Virus record (IMG/VR): IMGVR_UViG_3300016480_000208
From: a virus
Taxonomy: Duplodnaviria > Heunggongvirae > Uroviricota > Caudoviricetes > Demerecviridae
Length of the DNA: 64,000 nt
Strand: one strand, 5' to 3'
Below are positions 63,120 through 64,000 of this stretch, piece by piece. A program made the position numbers and the translations under genes. The notes beneath the pieces are model-generated. The model ran no database searches and had not been told where the DNA came from. It saw nothing but the letters and a program-made list of their open reading frames with translations. Every line of letters begins with the position of its first letter. Position 1 is the first letter of the stretch.

Positions 63120-63809
63120 ATGAAAGTACTAATTGCCTGTGAAAGATTTGGGGTAATTCGAGATACGTTTATCAGAGCAGGCCATGATGCTTGGTCTTGT
63201 GATCTAGTGCCTACGGAAGTACCAGGCCCCCATATTCAGGGAAGTGCTCTTGACATTCTAGACCAAGGCTGGGATTTGATGATTGCTCATCCTGATTGCA
63301 CATATTTAACTGTTGCAGCAGCTTGGGCATTAAAAGACCCTAACTTTGAGAAGTACCCCGGTGTTGGCTATCACATGAAAGTGAAAGAAGGCACACTAAC
63401 TGGAGAAGCTCGTAGAAAAGCCCAGCAAGATGCTCTGTGGTTTGTAGAGCAGTTAGCTAAAGCCCCTATTCCTAGGATTGCTATCGAGAACCCAGCAGTA
63501 GGTGCTATCAACAAGAATGTGAATTTGAAACAGTATGGATTTGCTAGTAACTTCCCAACCCAGATTATTCATCCGTACCAGTTTGGGCATGATGCTAGTA
63601 AGGCTACTGGGTTAGCTTTGAAGAATCTTCCTAAGTTAGAACATACACTCTTTATTGAGCCTCGTATTGTAGCTGGCAAAGAGCGATGGGCTAATCAAAC
63701 AGATTCTGGGCAAAATAGATTGTCGCCCTCGACTAGTAGGGCTATGGAGCGTGCTAAGACCTATCAAGGTTGGGCAGATGCTATGGTCTCTCAATGGGGT
63801 TCATTATAA
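63120..63809 (+). CDS. DNA C5-cytosine methyltransferase-like protein (weak motif evidence).
   Basis: PDC-containing motif IV-like IAHPDCTYL and ENx-like IAIENPAVG; RBS aaggatactta ATG. Confidence 0.35.
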   Translation: MKVLIACERFGVIRDTFIRAGHDAWSCDLVPTEVPGPHIQGSALDILDQGWDLMIAHPDCTYLTVAAAWALKDPNFEKYPGVGYHMKVKEGTLTGEARRKAQQDALWFVEQLAKAPIPRIAIENPAVGAINKNVNLKQYGFASNFPTQIIHPYQFGHDASKATGLALKNLPKLEHTLFIEPRIVAGKERWANQTDSGQNRLSPSTSRAMERAKTYQGWADAMVSQWGSL

Positions 63810-63956
63810 TATTGAATGCCTTGTACTTTTCCTGCTTGGCATTGGTAGGTGGTTCACCGGCCTCAAAGGGTGAATATTGGTAGTAGAAATGTGTGAGACC
63901 GTCAGAGGGCACTACCCTTCCTCTGTCCCAGTATTAAGGTAAGCTGGACTAATTTA

Positions 63957-64000
63957 ATGCTCTCGTGATGGAATTGGTATACATACTACGCTTAGAACGT
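63957..64000 (+). tRNA. 5' part of another tRNA truncated by the window end.
   Basis: The leader 'aatttaatgctc' matches the ...ttTAATGCTC leaders of tRNA-Val, Glu and Arg. The sequence begins gctctcg tg atgg aattggta... Confidence 0.3.

Overview
This 64-kb window looks like a segment of a T5-like (Demerecviridae-type) virulent phage genome. From 0.9 to 53 kb almost all genes are on the minus strand and encode nucleotide-metabolism and replication functions: NadV-like NAMPT + Prs-like kinase, NrdA/NrdB, NrdD, ThyA, DHFR, dNMP kinase, RNase H, DNA polymerase, DnaG-like primase, DnaB-like helicase, a split NAD-dependent ligase, Rnl1 + Pnk, three metallophosphatases, Dam-like and C5-like MTases, and a spanin pair plus SleB-like hydrolase. 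A plus-strand block follows at 53-59.5 kb (NrdD, an OMP-like beta-barrel, a very long TAG-rich gene, DenV), then a promoter-rich tRNA island at 60.2-63.1 kb with about 15 tRNAs and tRNA-like elements. The left end (1-560) carries tandem and inverted repeats. The main finding is that the amber codon TAG is not a stop here. Many genes are only continuous if in-frame TAG is translated, and none of them needs TAA or TGA to be read through. Examples are nrdA, nrdB, nrdD codon 4, dNMP kinase, the DnaB-like helicase, the primase, the spanins, and a 2.17-kb ORF with 36 TAG codons and no TAA or TGA. The tRNA island encodes a cloverleaf tRNA with anticodon CUA at 62447-62521, directly downstream of a consensus sigma70 promoter. 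That tRNA has a G3:U70 wobble pair, discriminator A73 and a tRNA-Ala-like D-arm. I therefore infer TAG is read as alanine. This fits small residues (G/A/S) at aligned RNR and dNMP-kinase positions and the Ala-rich transmembrane and coiled-coil contexts of the TAG-dense genes. The six-frame ORF track therefore fragments or truncates many real genes. Coordinates for TAG-containing genes come from manual re-translation and are approximate.
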